DNA from: Saccostrea cucullata
Taxonomy: Eukaryota
DNA length: 52,163 nucleotides
Assembly (NCBI RefSeq): GCF_032062105.1
Contig: NW_026932781.1
Coordinates: 1 to 52,163, forward strand
Direction of reading: 5' to 3'
The translations under genes and the position numbers were made by a program. The notes below the pieces were generated by a model. That model saw only the letters and a program-made list of their open reading frames with translations. It made no database searches and had not been told where the DNA came from. Below are positions 50,451-52,163 of the stretch, in pieces; the stretch's first letter is position 1; each line of letters begins with the position of its first letter.

Positions 50451-50892
50451 GATTAGCACATGTGACGGAACAAATTCTGCTTCGAACCTCACTTCACCTC
50501 TAACTACCTTAAAACCAGCAAAAACTAATATGCACTTACTAACCGCATCGCGATATTCTTTACATCCAGTTACGTGACTTGCACCATTGCTTACTCTGTT
50601 TTTACCAGAATGGTCCAACTCACTGAGACAGGTCCAACTCCTTTTAGTACTTTTCCGAGGTCCCAAACAACCAGAATCCAGCTGATTCTCTACAACATAG
50701 AACAAACACAACAGAAAATGGGAAAATACAAAATAAAACAGCATGTAGAAAACATTGACCAAGCAGAGAAAATTTTCAACAAAAAGAGAAAAATGTCAGT
50801 TTTTTTTTTAACTTAAAAAAATTATACAAATATTTTTGAAAACTTTGTATAGTTGTTACATAAAACAAAAATTAATGTTCTTAGGGAATCTT

Positions 50893-50910
50893 ATCCCACT
50901 TCTGACACCA
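50893..50910 (-). promoter_or_regulatory. Primer-binding site, tRNA-Leu
   Basis: Minus-strand TGGTGTCAGAAGTGGGAT, 3 nt after the LTR, is complementary to the tRNA-Leu(CAA)-type 3' end ATCCCACTTCTGACACCA. Confidence 0.85.
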
Positions 50911-50913
50911 ATT

Positions 50914-51918
50914 TGTCACAGATTGTCGAGCGGATTTACTATTTCTTTTTACTTCACTAAATTTAAATATAACTCAAATGCATTTTTAAAAGATAATTTA
51001 CATATTTAATAACAATAAATGTACAAATTCAACAAATTCCGTTGTTGCTTGTCCTATTGCGTCGTGCTGCCGCCTTACACACTACTGGCCAGAGGAACTC
51101 TAAGGCCCAAAGGTTGTTTCCCTTTTACGCACCACTCCACTCGGAACGGGCTGACTCACTACAAGGCACTGGGTGGCCTTTCCACACCGTCTCTATGTAG
51201 ACTTATACCATGGATAGATGGAACCTGCTCCAACATACATATACAAGTTTTATTGATAAGCGCTTTTGGCTTGACACAAATACATACTTCACTCATTATC
51301 AAACTTGTGGATAATGTACACGTCTTAAATAAGACTAATTACACAAACGAGTTGTTTAAATTATGCATACAACTCTTACACAAATGCAATATTGCGAATT
51401 GCTACTACACGGACAAACTTATATGACGGAAATTGTACACCATACTTTAGAAATATTCAAATACGTGTTACTATACATAGAAATACAATTATAAACGAAA
51501 CATACATGCTTAAAATGATGAGAAATGTGGTTACTGGATGTTTTAGGACAAATGAACGCGAAATGAAAATAATAAAGATAAAATATTATAAACATAAACT
51601 TTACCTCAGAAAAGCTGGACCATAATATACAGGAAATACAGAGGAAGCCCTGCAAGTAATACTGGTACTCGCTGTAGTTATAATTTCTAATTACAAAACA
51701 TATCAGATCTCTGCTACATGTATGACAGAGGGGTAAAAGCGTCCTCCTCTCTGGACTGCCGTGTCCAAACCAACTTGCACGGACAGGCGGGTTTAAAGGT
51801 CCAGTGAATTGAGGTTCAGTAAAGGAAATTTACAATGATAAACTGACTAAAACGAAGGGGTTCCACTACATAATATTAAAATACAGTAACCAAATAATAT
51901 GGGGATTTTAATGTGACA
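50914..51918 (-). repeat. 5' LTR (~1005 bp)
   Basis: Bounded by inverted TGTCACA (50914) and TGTGACA (51912-51918) and adjacent to the PBS. The partner LTR is absent. Confidence 0.75.
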
Positions 51919-52163
51919 GTAACAGCTCCAGAACTGAAGATCTATTTAAGCAACTTGATTTTCTTAATGTTTTGATTTTTTCCATAGCTTCAGTGGAAAG
52001 TTGGTCGTTTGCAAGATGAACAGGGCAGCACCGAGACCCGGGGGGAATAAATATCTCTCCTTGAATGTATGCCCTGAAGCGGGTGTAAGTAGAGGCTACC
52101 TGCAATTTTGGCCCAGGTCTTTTGCAAACGAAACAGTATGAGTGGCCTGTGCTTGTGCTTGGA
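51919..52163 (-). pseudogene. Cys/His-rich ORF fragment interrupted by the LTR, possibly the N-terminal part of a Harbinger/ISL2EU-like transposase
   Basis: Open from the window edge (PSTSTGHSYCFVCKRPGPKLQVASTY...GSRCCPVHL...) and running into the LTR boundary. The family assignment is from recollection only. Confidence 0.4.

Larger units (their letters stand above)
48001..51918 (-). mobile_element. Gmr1-type Ty3/Gypsy LTR retrotransposon, 3'-truncated
   Basis: Order LTR-PBS-gag-protease-integrase with no RT between PR and IN, which is the Gmr1-clade order. Truncated at the LINE poly(A). Confidence 0.85.

Noticed and set aside
50893-50910. tRNA-Leu gene
   Set aside because: Only the 3'-terminal 18 nt including CCA are present, next to an LTR end, so it is a PBS.
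51019-51655. Short ORFs of 77-135 aa in the LTR
   Set aside because: They lie within the LTR and show no recognisable motifs.

Overview
This is eukaryotic, AT-rich subtelomeric DNA from an animal with TTAGGG telomeres; the repeat content suggests an invertebrate such as a bivalve (inference). CCCTAA is on the + strand, so the chromosome tip should lie to the left. Bases 1-39360 hold four head-to-tail copies of an unrecognised 9.6-10.7 kb element (copy 1 is cut by the window edge). Each copy ends at the same base (...CCCGCACCCGCATCA) and is followed by an N-run that probably hides a (CCCTAA)n tract. Read on the minus strand toward the tip, each copy has: a precise GC-rich terminus; an intron carrying an 11/22-bp palindromic GGGTTA-like minisatellite; a 928-aa ORF of unknown family with a Myb-like C-terminus and a possible Rep_trans-like tyrosine motif set; a spliced ~190-aa acidic/coiled-coil gene that the ORF track misses; and a 3-4 kb array of a 149-bp telomere-like hairpin satellite. 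No reverse transcriptase, helicase, DDE transposase or poly(A) tail is visible in the unit. This is the best candidate for an undescribed telomere-associated mobile or telomere-maintenance system. Bases 39601-41998 are degenerate telomeric tracts and subtelomeric repeats. Bases 41999-48001 are a decayed L1/Tx1-type LINE whose ORF1 carries a NADAR domain. Its 5' end abuts (CCCTAA)n and its poly(A) abuts a truncated Gmr1-type Gypsy element (48001-51918; SCAN-like Gag, PR-IN order, tRNA-Leu PBS, ~1 kb LTR), which itself interrupts a probable transposase ORF. All family assignments come from motif reading by eye; no searches were run.
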